The notes under the pieces are model-generated. The model saw only the letters and a list, made by a program, of their open reading frames with translations, ran no database searches and was not told where the DNA came from. From a virus (taxonomy: Duplodnaviria > Caudoviricetes), in the IMG/VR virus record IMGVR_UViG_3300032243_000867, positions 160,001 through 224,000 of that record: DNA of 64,000 nucleotides; one strand, 5' to 3'. The position numbers and the translations under genes are program-made. Positions 29,467 through 38,915 of the stretch are shown here, in pieces; position 1 is the first letter of the stretch; each line of letters opens with the position of its first letter.

Positions 29467-32366
29467 TGAAGGCCCGCGAGCAGGCCATGCTGACATCGGA
29501 GTTCTCTCCGATGTACGTGATGAACGCCAAGGGTCAGCCCGAGGTGGTTCGCCGCCCCGACCAGCTCAAAATCGAGGGCTTGTCGAAGCTCTCGGACGAT
29601 GACCTCAACAACCCGGAAATGATTCCCCTCGGAGCGGACGGCAACCCCCAGGAGGTTGATTTTCGGGCGATGACCGACAACAAGGCGTCGGCAAAAAATC
29701 AGGGCACCCGTATCTACCCGACGCGCCGGGACATCAACGGGCGGATCGTGATCGTGGACGGGCGCTTCAAGGGCTTCTACCTCGACGAGATGGTGAACCA
29801 GAAGGGCCGTCTGGTCGAGGGCACGGCCTACGACATGGGCGCGGACGGGATTCCCGTCGCGTTCGAGACGCTGGAACCGGACGGAAACCTCCGTCTCTCC
29901 ACGGTCAACAAGGAGCCCTACGTCACCCTCGATAGCCAGGGGAAGCTCCTCATCAAGATTCCCTTCATCGGCGGCGGTCGCGGCACGAAGGACCCCTTCA
30001 AGCGTGCCCGCGACTCGATGGCGTCTCGCGCTTCGATCCCCGAGAAGACGAAGTGGGTCAAGGGTCCCGACGGCAAGCGAACCAAGGAGAAGGTTCCGGG
30101 CCGCACCCGTACGACCATCTTCGAGGTGCCGAAGATCCGAGACGACGAGGACTCGAACACGCTGTTCACTTTTGAGCCCCAGGACTTCAACACCGTGCGA
30201 TCCGCCGTGGGCGGGATGTGTATGTCGGCGGAAGCCGCCAAGAAGCTCCGCGACTACTACGCCCAGCAAGCACGGGTTGAGGAATCCACCCGGCAAGAGA
30301 ATACCAAGAGCTACTCTCTCGACCGCATCGGCGGGTTCAAGACTCAGTTGGTTATCAACCCGGAGACGGGCGAGCCCTTCGACCCGCCGGTTCTCACGAA
30401 GGACCTGCTGTCGAAGCAGAAGGAAGCCCTGTCGTGGATCGAGGCCAAGGGCTACAAGGGCCTCGCGGCGCTTGATACGGGCGTGGGCAAGACCCTGCTC
30501 ACCATCGCCACGATGCAGAAGATGATTCGCGACGGCGCGGCGGGCGAAGGTTCGCGCTTCCTGTACGTCTGCCCGGACCACCTGCGGGGCAATTTTCCGA
30601 AGGAGCTTCAGGCTTGGATGACCGACGATGCCGCGAAGGGGCTTCAGTCCCGCGTGGACGTGATGTCCTACGAGGAGTTCCAGTTCGCGGTGAACGGCGG
30701 CAAGCGCCCCATGAAGCAGAAGGTTCCCGGCACCGAGAAGCAAGAGAAGATCATCGACCCCGCGACGGGCAAGCCCCAGCGCGGCCCGGACGGGAAGCTG
30801 ATGTACCGGGCGATCCCCGGCACCGAGAAGCAAGTGTCCGTCAAGGACGCAGAGGGCAAGCGCGTCTACGAGGCTATCGCCCCCGACCCCGAGCTCTCCA
30901 AGAAGTACGCCGCCGTGTTCTTCGACGAGGCCCACATTCTCACAAAAGACGAGAACAGCAAGTTCAGCGTCGCCGCTCAGAAGTTCGACCACCCCCGCAA
31001 GGTTCTCCTTACCGCGAGCCCGATGGAGGACGACCCCGACGAGCTCTACATCGGGGTGGCGATCACCAACAACTCGAAGCTCTCTAAGAAGGCGCTGGGG
31101 GCTTCGGGATCGCGGACTCTGACCCCGGCTCAGAAGGAGCTCATGGCCTTCCGCCGCAGGTTCGTGGATCGCAAGGCGGGCCGCGCTATGGGTATCAAGG
31201 ACGACCCGAAGAACGACCCGACGAAACGCCAGGACTTCGATGCGTGGGTCAAGAACGGTATGTACTTCGCGGACAAGCGGACCGTGGGCGCACCGGGGAC
31301 CAGCTCGTACGAGCAGTCTTTGAAGCTCCCCGACCTGCTGAAGCAGGACACCGTGTCTCTGACCATGCAACCGGAGGTCGAGATCGAGTACCGCAAGGCG
31401 GCGAAGGGCATGACCAAGCTGTTGAAGCTCATGTCCAAGGTCTTCCGCGACAAGGCTTCGGTTTCTTCGGCGGATTCTTCCGTCGTCGCCCGATTCGAGA
31501 CGGAGTTTCGCAAGTACCGCAAGCAGCTCGATATGCTGTCGAACTACCCGGACGAGGTGATCGACCCCGCCACGGGCAAAAAAAAGTTCCCCGGCGTGGC
31601 GAGCTCCAAGGTGGTCGGCGCGACGTGGCTCGTCCACGACAAGATCAAGAGCGGGAAGCGCACGCTTCTCTTCACGGACGACGAGAAGTTCGCCGTGAAG
31701 ACGGCGGAACAGATGAGCGAACACACCCCTAACATCAGCATCGCCGTCGCCCTCAAGGGGAAGGTCATCGTCTACCGCGGCGGGTCGGTGTACACCAAGG
31801 AGGGTGTCAAGCAGGTCTTCGGCCCCCGAGAGTACACGAACCTCAAGGGTGAGAAGGTTCCGAAGGGCGAGTGGGCCTCGCACGTTCTTCGCGAGATCAT
31901 GGGCGGCGATCCTTCGGTGAAGGCTATGGTCCTCACGAAGTCCTACGCCCTCGGTCAGAACCTCCAGATGTTCAACACCGTGGTTCACCTTGACCGCGAT
32001 GACTTCTCGAACGAGACGATGAAGCAGCGTACGGCGCGTGCGTGGCGCACGGGTCAGGGTGAGCCCGTCGAGGAGTACACGATGGATGCCGTGTACGACG
32101 ATGCGACGGGCAAGAGCGACCCGACGCTGGACGAGGCCCGGAAGTACGTTCAGGAGATTCAAGAAGAGGTCTTCAACGAGATCGTCCACAAATCCCGCGA
32201 GGCCGAGCTCGGGAAAGAGTGGTCGGAAATGAGGGAGACTCAGGCCAGCATGGTCGAAGTGAATCGAAAACTCTTCGAGATGGCCCTCGCCCCGTACGTC
32301 TCTGCGGTGGCCGATCACACCTACAACCAAGCCGTCACCAACCAGGCCGCGCCCCGCAACCCCTGA
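29367..32366 (+). CDS. Second SNF2/SF2 helicase-like protein (large); start uncertain (frameshifted continuation, or ATG 29463)
   Basis: KQKEAL..LAALDTGVGKT (I), FFDEAH (II), LLTASP (III), GQNLQ..VVHLD..QRTARAWRTGQ (V/VI). Confidence 0.85.
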   Translation, partial: ALPASEDYVTKEKTVYTPDGRVLGEKEFLRDRMMKAREQAMLTSEFSPMYVMNAKGQPEVVRRPDQLKIEGLSKLSDDDLNNPEMIPLGADGNPQEVDFRAMTDNKASAKNQGTRIYPTRRDINGRIVIVDGRFKGFYLDEMVNQKGRLVEGTAYDMGADGIPVAFETLEPDGNLRLSTVNKEPYVTLDSQGKLLIKIPFIGGGRGTKDPFKRARDSMASRASIPEKTKWVKGPDGKRTKEKVPGRTRTTIFEVPKIRDDEDSNTLFTFEPQDFNTVRSAVGGMCMSAEAAKKLRDYYAQQARVEESTRQENTKSYSLDRIGGFKTQLVINPETGEPFDPPVLTKDLLSKQKEALSWIEAKGYKGLAALDTGVGKTLLTIATMQKMIRDGAAGEGSRFLYVCPDHLRGNFPKELQAWMTDDAAKGLQSRVDVMSYEEFQFAVNGGKRPMKQKVPGTEKQEKIIDPATGKPQRGPDGKLMYRAIPGTEKQVSVKDAEGKRVYEAIAPDPELSKKYAAVFFDEAHILTKDENSKFSVAAQKFDHPRKVLLTASPMEDDPDELYIGVAITNNSKLSKKALGASGSRTLTPAQKELMAFRRRFVDRKAGRAMGIKDDPKNDPTKRQDFDAWVKNGMYFADKRTVGAPGTSSYEQSLKLPDLLKQDTVSLTMQPEVEIEYRKAAKGMTKLLKLMSKVFRDKASVSSADSSVVARFETEFRKYRKQLDMLSNYPDEVIDPATGKKKFPGVASSKVVGATWLVHDKIKSGKRTLLFTDDEKFAVKTAEQMSEHTPNISIAVALKGKVIVYRGGSVYTKEGVKQVFGPREYTNLKGEKVPKGEWASHVLREIMGGDPSVKAMVLTKSYALGQNLQMFNTVVHLDRDDFSNETMKQRTARAWRTGQGEPVEEYTMDAVYDDATGKSDPTLDEARKYVQEIQEEVFNEIVHKSREAELGKEWSEMRETQASMVEVNRKLFEMALAPYVSAVADHTYNQAVTNQAAPRNP

Positions 32367-32386
32367 ACCTCCCGTAAGGTAAAGCC

Positions 32387-32656
32387 ATGAACGAACTCGA
32401 ATACCCGGTGACCCTGGAGGAGTGGCAGGCGTACGTCGATGCCATCCCCAGCGACGAAGAGCTCTACGACAACGCCCTCGCGTTCGGCTCGATGAAGTTC
32501 GCGCAGAAGCTCATGTCCGAGGGCTACAACGCCGAGGACATCTCTTCGATCCGCACGATGGTCGCGAAGAAGATGGTGGACGACACCGTCGCCCCGCCCG
32601 GTCGCGTGGGGTCGTGCGTGATCGACTACCGCGAGCTCGCGAACTTCCCGTTCTGA
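32387..32656 (+). CDS. Small acidic hypothetical protein
   Basis: 89 aa; strong codon bias; CGTAA 9 nt upstream. Confidence 0.65.
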   Translation: MNELEYPVTLEEWQAYVDAIPSDEELYDNALAFGSMKFAQKLMSEGYNAEDISSIRTMVAKKMVDDTVAPPGRVGSCVIDYRELANFPF

Positions 32657-32693
32657 CCCCACCCCCTATCCGTTCTATCGCCCGCGCGCGGTG

Positions 32694-33296
32694 ATGGATC
32701 CCATCACCGCTGCGGACGACAACGAGCCCACGAACCCGAAGCTCTGGGAGAAGTGCCAAGACGTAGCGAAGTCTCGCTACACCAAGTGGCCCAGTGCCTA
32801 CGCGGTCGGGCACGCCCTCAAGCTCTACAAGGACGAGGGGGGTGGGTGGAAGAAGACCGCCAGCGCCGCCCGTGTCGCGTCCCGCTACCTGTCCGCCAAG
32901 GGTAAGGCCAAGAAGGACGTAGGTCACGGGGGCCTCGACGAGTGGTTCAGCGGCCACGGTCAGGGCAAGGGCAAATCACCCGGTGAGGCGCGGTGGGGAG
33001 ATTGGGTGGCGATCTCGCCCGTGAAGCGCACGATCACCCGCGAGGACGGGACCAAGAAGACCTACGAGCCCGGTGACATCATTGGGCCGTGCGGCGACCT
33101 CACGGACGACCCCGACTGGAAAGACCTCACCCGGGGCGGCAAGACCCCTTTCAAGTGCATGGCCCGACCCAAGGCCCACGACATGGCTAAGGGCGAACGC
33201 GCTGACAAGGCCCGCGAGAAGATGCGCGTGCAGGAGAAGGCCCCCAAGGGCAAGAAGCCCGTGAACACGCCGACGTTCAAGGACGACGGGGACTAG
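32694..33296 (+). CDS. Basic two-module phage protein with central KKTA / RVASRYL motif
   Basis: Module 1 KWPSAYAVG..YK..GGGWK and module 2 GLDEWF..WV..GPCG..FKCM..KA resemble small domains I recall from T4-like/cyanophage hypothetical proteins (unverified). Confidence 0.65.
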   Translation: MDPITAADDNEPTNPKLWEKCQDVAKSRYTKWPSAYAVGHALKLYKDEGGGWKKTASAARVASRYLSAKGKAKKDVGHGGLDEWFSGHGQGKGKSPGEARWGDWVAISPVKRTITREDGTKKTYEPGDIIGPCGDLTDDPDWKDLTRGGKTPFKCMARPKAHDMAKGERADKAREKMRVQEKAPKGKKPVNTPTFKDDGD

Positions 33297-33418
33297 CGGT
33301 TTCCCGCCTATCGCGGCGTCTCTAGCTAGGTAGATCGGCCCTGTCCGGGGTTGTGCCCCGGCCAAGCGTTAGCTTTCAACCTCGGCGTTAGGTCGCCAGA
33401 CAACCGCAGGAGAACTTC

Positions 33419-34519
33419 ATGGGCATCTTTGCAGCAGTCGGAGCGACCGAACAGACGGCTCTCAATCAAGTGGGCGCGGCCCCGAACCGCTCTGTCCCCA
33501 CCGTGGTGTGGGCTCCCTTCAGCGACCCGCTTCCCACCGGGGCGGTGGCGACGTGGGGCGAGGCCGTGGCGGCGGTGCAATCGAGCTCCGCACCCGAGAC
33601 CAGCATCTACATCTTCAACCCGTCGCAGGACGACGTGTACCTCCCGCCGGGGGAGTGGCACCTCAACAACACCACCATCGTGGGCGTGTCCTACGGCTGG
33701 GACGACTACGACTACAGCTTCCGCCCCTACCAGTACCTTCAGTACCTTGAAGCGGACGGCGGCTACGAGTGGCCGTGCCACATCTACGGGTGCGCGGGCC
33801 TCAAGAACATTTTCTTCCGCGGGCAAGGAAGCGGGACGGCGACGTACACAACGTCCGCCTTCACGATGCCCAACGTGGGCGATACCGCCACCGTGACCGT
33901 GGACAACTTCGTCAACGGCTTCGTCGCGGGCGTGCTCGTCATCATCGACAACGCGGGCGCGTTCGAGATCGACTCGGTGTCCGCCGAGACTTCGACCCTC
34001 ACGATTCGCAATCTGGGCTGGGACGGGAACGCCTCGCCCGGTGACCCGATTAGCGACGAGCAGGACGTGACCCTCGACACGTCGGTGTTCCAGTGCCGCA
34101 CCTACGAGGGCACGGACACGACCTTCACGCTCGACAACTGTGACTTCCGCTTCGGCAACTATCAAGCTGGTAGCTTCGCGGTTTACGCGAACGCCACCCT
34201 GTACCTGCGTCTGAAGAACGGCACGGCGATTCGCTGGTACGCCTTCTTCGTGGTGGGCAGCGCCGTCGTGCAGACGGACGGGTCGCCCTGCTGGATCGGC
34301 AACGACACGTTCTTCGGCCCCGGCTACCTCGCCACGTTCCCGGCCCCCGGCACCTACGTCCGTGAGAACCAAGATGTGGGGGAGTGGGACCAGTACCAGA
34401 GCTTCACCACCTACTACCCGGACAACTCGTCGGATTGGGGCGGCAGCACCCAGATGAGCGTCCACGAAGCCCTCGACCGCCTCGCCGCCGCGTGTGTCGC
34501 GGGCGGGCACACCCCCTGA
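33419..34519 (+). CDS. Acidic beta-rich protein, possibly virion fibre/decoration
   Basis: 366 aa; C-terminal YYPDNSSDW..VHEALDRLA motif of the type seen in fibre proteins. Confidence 0.5.
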   Translation: MGIFAAVGATEQTALNQVGAAPNRSVPTVVWAPFSDPLPTGAVATWGEAVAAVQSSSAPETSIYIFNPSQDDVYLPPGEWHLNNTTIVGVSYGWDDYDYSFRPYQYLQYLEADGGYEWPCHIYGCAGLKNIFFRGQGSGTATYTTSAFTMPNVGDTATVTVDNFVNGFVAGVLVIIDNAGAFEIDSVSAETSTLTIRNLGWDGNASPGDPISDEQDVTLDTSVFQCRTYEGTDTTFTLDNCDFRFGNYQAGSFAVYANATLYLRLKNGTAIRWYAFFVVGSAVVQTDGSPCWIGNDTFFGPGYLATFPAPGTYVRENQDVGEWDQYQSFTTYYPDNSSDWGGSTQMSVHEALDRLAAACVAGGHTP

Positions 34520-34538
34520 TCCAAGGAGACCCCCGACC

Positions 34539-34772
34539 ATGACTACCCGCACCCCCCGTGAGAAGGCCACCCCGTTCGTCTATGTGATGGGCGACGCCGC
34601 CAAGACCCCCGTGGACCCCAAGACCCAGCCCGTGGGCACCGTTCTGGTGTTCGTGTCGGAGTGGGGACAGGAGACCCCGGCGGTCAAGGGCAAGACCGTC
34701 ACGAAGGATCAAGCCGCGCGCGACGCGAGCCTCGCCGCCGCGAAGGCCAAGCCCGCTGGCTACGAGGGCTGA
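34539..34772 (+). CDS. Small hypothetical protein
   Basis: AAGGAG SD; strong codon bias. Confidence 0.6.
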   Translation: MTTRTPREKATPFVYVMGDAAKTPVDPKTQPVGTVLVFVSEWGQETPAVKGKTVTKDQAARDASLAAAKAKPAGYEG

Positions 34773-34813
34773 TCCCCCGCCCACGGTCGTTTCATGCGGG
34801 CGTAACTCCCCGC

Positions 34814-35293
34814 ATGGAACGACCGCACCCCGCCGACGACCCCGCCCTTGAACCCATCAGGGCTGCGATCCGCAAACTCCCCCCGTATCCGTTCGCCGTC
34901 TACGGCGATTCGGTGATGACCGACTACACCGCCGGGTTGAAGGCGTGCGAGACGCCCGAAGCCCTGCGCGAGTTCGTCGCCCGCTGGGCACCCCTGTGGA
35001 CGATCAATTTCCGTGAGCCGGATGTCACCTCCGTTGAAGAAATGTCCCTCGCGGAAGGCACCTTCGACGAGGGCGAAGTGTTCGCGGCGATGGCCACCCT
35101 TCGACAAGAGTCCAGCACCGACGAAGCTAGAAACGAGCTCGACCGTCTGATGCAGGACAGCCTTCCGCACCGCACGGCGATGAACGCCCTCATGCCCCGC
35201 GCGATGATTGAGATGACCATCGTCGCGAATCACTTCGGTGCGCCCGTGAACGTGGCCTGGATTCAGGCTTCGGGCCTCGTCGAGCTCTTCTAA
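34814..35293 (+). CDS. Hypothetical protein (MERPHPADD...)
   Basis: GCGGGCGTAA (34796-34805) 8 nt upstream; good codon bias. Confidence 0.6.
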   Translation: MERPHPADDPALEPIRAAIRKLPPYPFAVYGDSVMTDYTAGLKACETPEALREFVARWAPLWTINFREPDVTSVEEMSLAEGTFDEGEVFAAMATLRQESSTDEARNELDRLMQDSLPHRTAMNALMPRAMIEMTIVANHFGAPVNVAWIQASGLVELF

Positions 35294-35344
35294 CGACCCC
35301 CCGCCCCTAACCGTTCTATCCCCCGCCGTCTGTAGGCCACACCT

Positions 35345-35401
35345 ATGGACAGACTCGCTTGCGTCATTGCTGCTGGTGTTTGGGACGGGGATTCATGCTG
35401 A
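35345..35401 (+). pseudogene. Orphaned 5' end (MDRLACVIAAGVWDGDSC*) of the Ntn-hydrolase gene
   Basis: ACVIAAGVWDG vs ACIIAAGEWGG at 36084-36116 (8/11 identical). Confidence 0.7.
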
Positions 35402-35463
35402 CCCTGAATCTCACACCACGACGGTCTCTTCCATCATCCCCGTGGGTACCAAACAGAACCCAC

Positions 35464-36072
35464 ATGGATACTGGCGGATTGTATCTCCTGTGGCTTTCGG
35501 ACTCCCACTACTACGGGGGTAGAGCCAGGTGTTTCAATGAGCGGTGGCAAGGCCACCTCAAGGCCCTTCGGCAAGGCAAGCACTGCAACCCTTGGATGCA
35601 GCGGTTGTACAATATCCACAAGATGTTTGAGCCCGAGGTGTGCCTGGAACTTCCAACGGGTGGGGATCATCAGGCTGCGGAACAAGCCTGGATTGATGAG
35701 AACTACGGGAAGCCGGGTTGCGTGAATCTCAGTCGGGCCGCCGATGGTGGTGCCATGACCGGACGAAGGCACACCGCGGAGACCCGGGCCAAGATGTCCG
35801 CTTCGCGGAAGGGTAAGCCAACCAAGGCTCCGTCCCTAGAAACTCGGGCCAAGATGTCGGAGTCAGGTCGAAAGAGGGCCAAGATTTTCGGGGTGAGCCG
35901 TCCTCACACGGAAGACACCAAGGCGAAGATGTCGTCTTCTCATAAGGGGCTTGTGTTCACAGAAGAGCACAAGCTCAATATGTCTCTGAATCACGCGAGC
36001 AAAAGGGACCCGGAAGGTTACAGGGAAAAACTGCGGGCCGCTTGGTCTAGGAAAAAGGGAGTCACGCCGTGA
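35464..36072 (+). mobile_element. Free-standing GIY-YIG-like homing endonuclease with NUMOD3 repeats
   Basis: GGLYLL..YYGGRA..RWQGH..L..GKHCN..EQAWID..N; HTAETRAKMS, SLETRAKMS, HTEDTKAKMS; more A/T-ending codons than flanks. Confidence 0.85.
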
Positions 36073-38186
36073 ATTCCAGAACCGCATGTATCATCGCCGC
36101 AGGAGAGTGGGGAGGAAAGCGTGCTCTGTTGAAGTCGAGGGACCGCAACTACACCCCCGAGGTCACCCTCGTCCGCGAGCTCCTCGACGGCGTCGAGGTC
36201 GCGTATATGCGCGATGACGTGACGGGGTGGTGCGAGGGCATGAACGAGCATGGCATCGGGATTACCAACGCGGCGCTCGCCGTGGGGATCGACGAGGCCG
36301 AAGGAAAACTCGTCAAAGTCACGGGCAAGACGACGAAGGACGGCAAACGAATCCTCAAGGCTCTATCCTGCGACAACCTCGACGATGCCGTCGAGTCCGT
36401 CTGCGAGTTCATGGGGGGCTTGAAGGGGCACACGTTCGTATCGACCCCCAACAAGGTGCTCTGTATCGAGCAGACTCGGGAGCACGAGTGCCGGGTGATG
36501 GAACTGAACCCGGAGGATGTTCACGTCCGTACCAACCACGGCCACTACCACACAGACGCCGGGTACACGGAGGGGAAGGATTACGTCTCGTCGGTGATCC
36601 GCCGCGAGAAGGCGCTTCTCACCCTTCGCGATTTGGAGAGTCACCTTGATCTCGGCCCCGGTCTGATGAAGGGCCGGATGAAGGATCGGAACGATCCGAA
36701 CAACATGGTGCGGGACACGAACAATATGTCCACCACCTCCCAGATGGTGATGAACCTCACGGATCGGGAGGCAGTCTTCTACGTCATCCCCGGCAAGATG
36801 GACTACGAGGGGATAGAAGACAACCTCCCTGACGGTTACTCACCGAAGATCAAGATCAAAGTGTTCAGCTACCGCAACGGAGGCAAGGAGCTCGTGGAAC
36901 TCTCCCTAAAGACGGGGTTGCGCCGGAAGTCCGTGGACCCGGTGAAGCTCGCTTCCCGGTACCTGATGGCATCCTCGGCACACGCCAAGTCCATCGCGTT
37001 GATGAGTTTTCTGTCTGAGGTGGCCCGTGACGCTGGCGTCGCCCGACACGTCTACGTCGTCGGCGGTGCCGTGCGGAACTTCATCCTCGGTGTGCCCATC
37101 AAGGACATCGACGTGGTGGTGGACTCCGTGTCGGCGGGCCGGGATTCAGAGTGGTTCGCCCGAAAGGTGGTGGACGCCATCCCTGTCCCGACGAACCTCG
37201 CGACCAACCAGTACGGGGTGGGGATCCTCACCGTGAAGGGGGAGTGGCTGCTCGACGGGATCAACCTGAAGGGCGAGGTGATCGAGATCGCCAACGCCCG
37301 CAAGGAGTCCTACGAGGGTGCGGGGGGCAAGGGATACAAGCCCACGGACGTGTCCCCCGCGACCATTGAAGAGGATGTGTTCCGCCGAGAGTTCACGTTC
37401 AACACCCTGCTGTGGCGGATGCATGACCTCGCCAACGGCCCTGACAAGGCCGAAGTGATTGACCTCACGGGGCTGGGTCGTCAGCACCTTGAGCAGAAGC
37501 TCATCTCGACGCCCGTGGACCCCGACAAGACCTTCAGCGACGACCCGACTCGGATGCTCCGGGTCTTGAAGTTCTTGCTGCGGTATGACTTGACCATCTC
37601 GCCCGATGCTATGGCCTCTGTGAGGCGCAACGCCGCGAAGCTCAAGAATATGCCGTGGGAAGCTGTCGGGAACATCCTCGTCGGGGACATCCTCAAGTCA
37701 CCCAAGGCGACGATGGGCCTCAAAGTGATGCGTTCCCTTGGCCTACTCGACGTGATCGTCGAGATGGTGCAAGAGAACCCCCCGTTCGCGGCATACCTCA
37801 CCAAGCAACTGGCGAACGGCAACCATACGGTCGAGCTCTTGTTGGAGCTTGCCGACATCGGGATCGCGGGGAGGGTGCTGGACTTTTTGACGCCGAACGA
37901 GCGCGAGCAGTTCAAGCAGAACACCAGCGGATGGTCCAGTGACGAGGCAAGGAAGTACCTTGAAGCCCTGCGGAAACCCGCAGTGGACAACATGGCGCTC
38001 ATTCAAGAGTTCTCGTTGACGGGCAGGGCTCGCGCGAGCCTTGTCCCCATTGCTCGCGAGTTCCTCCTGTCGGACCCGAACTTGGCCGACCAAGACGTGA
38101 AACTCAACGACCGCGTGCGAGAGAGGCTCCGCGCATCCCCCGTCCGTGTCGCCCAACGGTTCGCTCGTCTATCGAGCCAACACTAG
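36069..38186 (+). CDS. Fusion: N-terminal Ntn-hydrolase (C45/choloylglycine-hydrolase-like) + class II tRNA nucleotidyltransferase (CCA-adding/poly(A) polymerase family)
   Basis: Cys7 CIIAAG..KSRDR..EGMNEHGIGITNAAL..RTNH; then YVVGGAVRN..KDIDVVV, ARKESY, EDVFRREFTFNTL, FSDDPTRMLR. Confidence 0.85.
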   Translation: MNSRTACIIAAGEWGGKRALLKSRDRNYTPEVTLVRELLDGVEVAYMRDDVTGWCEGMNEHGIGITNAALAVGIDEAEGKLVKVTGKTTKDGKRILKALSCDNLDDAVESVCEFMGGLKGHTFVSTPNKVLCIEQTREHECRVMELNPEDVHVRTNHGHYHTDAGYTEGKDYVSSVIRREKALLTLRDLESHLDLGPGLMKGRMKDRNDPNNMVRDTNNMSTTSQMVMNLTDREAVFYVIPGKMDYEGIEDNLPDGYSPKIKIKVFSYRNGGKELVELSLKTGLRRKSVDPVKLASRYLMASSAHAKSIALMSFLSEVARDAGVARHVYVVGGAVRNFILGVPIKDIDVVVDSVSAGRDSEWFARKVVDAIPVPTNLATNQYGVGILTVKGEWLLDGINLKGEVIEIANARKESYEGAGGKGYKPTDVSPATIEEDVFRREFTFNTLLWRMHDLANGPDKAEVIDLTGLGRQHLEQKLISTPVDPDKTFSDDPTRMLRVLKFLLRYDLTISPDAMASVRRNAAKLKNMPWEAVGNILVGDILKSPKATMGLKVMRSLGLLDVIVEMVQENPPFAAYLTKQLANGNHTVELLLELADIGIAGRVLDFLTPNEREQFKQNTSGWSSDEARKYLEALRKPAVDNMALIQEFSLTGRARASLVPIAREFLLSDPNLADQDVKLNDRVRERLRASPVRVAQRFARLSSQH

Positions 38187-38199
38187 GAAGAGATACCAA

Positions 38200-38913
38200 A
38201 TGGCAATCTACACATCCATCGGCGCGACCCCCGAGACGGCCCGCGCCATGATCGACGCCGTGGGGCCGACCCCCGACCAACAAACCCCCGCCCCGGGCGT
38301 CGGTGACGTTCTCTCTTGGAACGGGACAAACTGGGTGCCCGGTGCAACGGCCCCGGCGGGCTCCCTCCAGATGTACGCGGGTGCGACCGCCCCCTTCGGC
38401 TACCTTCTGTGCAACGGGGCGGCGGTCAGCCGCACGACCTATGCGGCTCTGTTCGCGGTGATCGGGGCGACCTACGGTGGCGGCGATGGGCTCAACACCT
38501 TCAACCTCCCCGACCTCCGTGGTCGCGGCCCTATCGGTGTCGGTACGGGCGCGGGTCTTACCGCACGGGTGCTAGGCGGGACGGGCGGCGCGGAGACGGT
38601 CACCCTCGACGCGACGACCATCCCGGGCCACACGCACACCGGCACGACGGACTCCAACGGGTCGCACGCGCACACGTCGAACGCCACGGGCGGTCAGGGA
38701 AACTACGGCCTCGCCCTCGCGGACGGTACCAACACGGTGACTTCGACGGACCCCAGCGCCGGGGAGCTCAACGTGTGGACCGTCCCGGCGGCGCTGTCCA
38801 TCGACGCGAACGGGGCGCACACGCACACGTTCACCACGGGTTCGACGGGCGGTGGCAGCGCGCACGCCAATATGCAGCCGTGGCTCGCCGTGAACTTCAT
38901 CATCAAGACGTGA
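38200..38913 (+). CDS. Phage tail-collar domain protein
   Basis: GSLQMYAG..APFGYLLCNGAAVSRTTYAALFAVIG..YGGGDG..TFNLPDLRGR; HTH repeats; NMQPWLAVNFIIK. Confidence 0.9.
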   Translation: MAIYTSIGATPETARAMIDAVGPTPDQQTPAPGVGDVLSWNGTNWVPGATAPAGSLQMYAGATAPFGYLLCNGAAVSRTTYAALFAVIGATYGGGDGLNTFNLPDLRGRGPIGVGTGAGLTARVLGGTGGAETVTLDATTIPGHTHTGTTDSNGSHAHTSNATGGQGNYGLALADGTNTVTSTDPSAGELNVWTVPAALSIDANGAHTHTFTTGSTGGGSAHANMQPWLAVNFIIKT

Positions 38914-38915
38914 CC

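Noticed and set aside
3420-32330. Long antisense/alternate-frame ORFs (e.g. 3420..4973-, 5085..6908-, 12756..15398-, 23629..24969-, 29256..32330-)
   Set aside because: Shadow ORFs typical of high-GC DNA; they overlap well-supported genes and give Arg/Gly/Val-rich translations with no motifs
35345-36130. Group I intron carrying the GIY-YIG gene
   Set aside because: Only ~60 nt lie between the upstream fragment and the HEG start, and none after it, which is too little for a ribozyme core. The downstream gene has its own duplicate N-terminus, so splicing is not needed.
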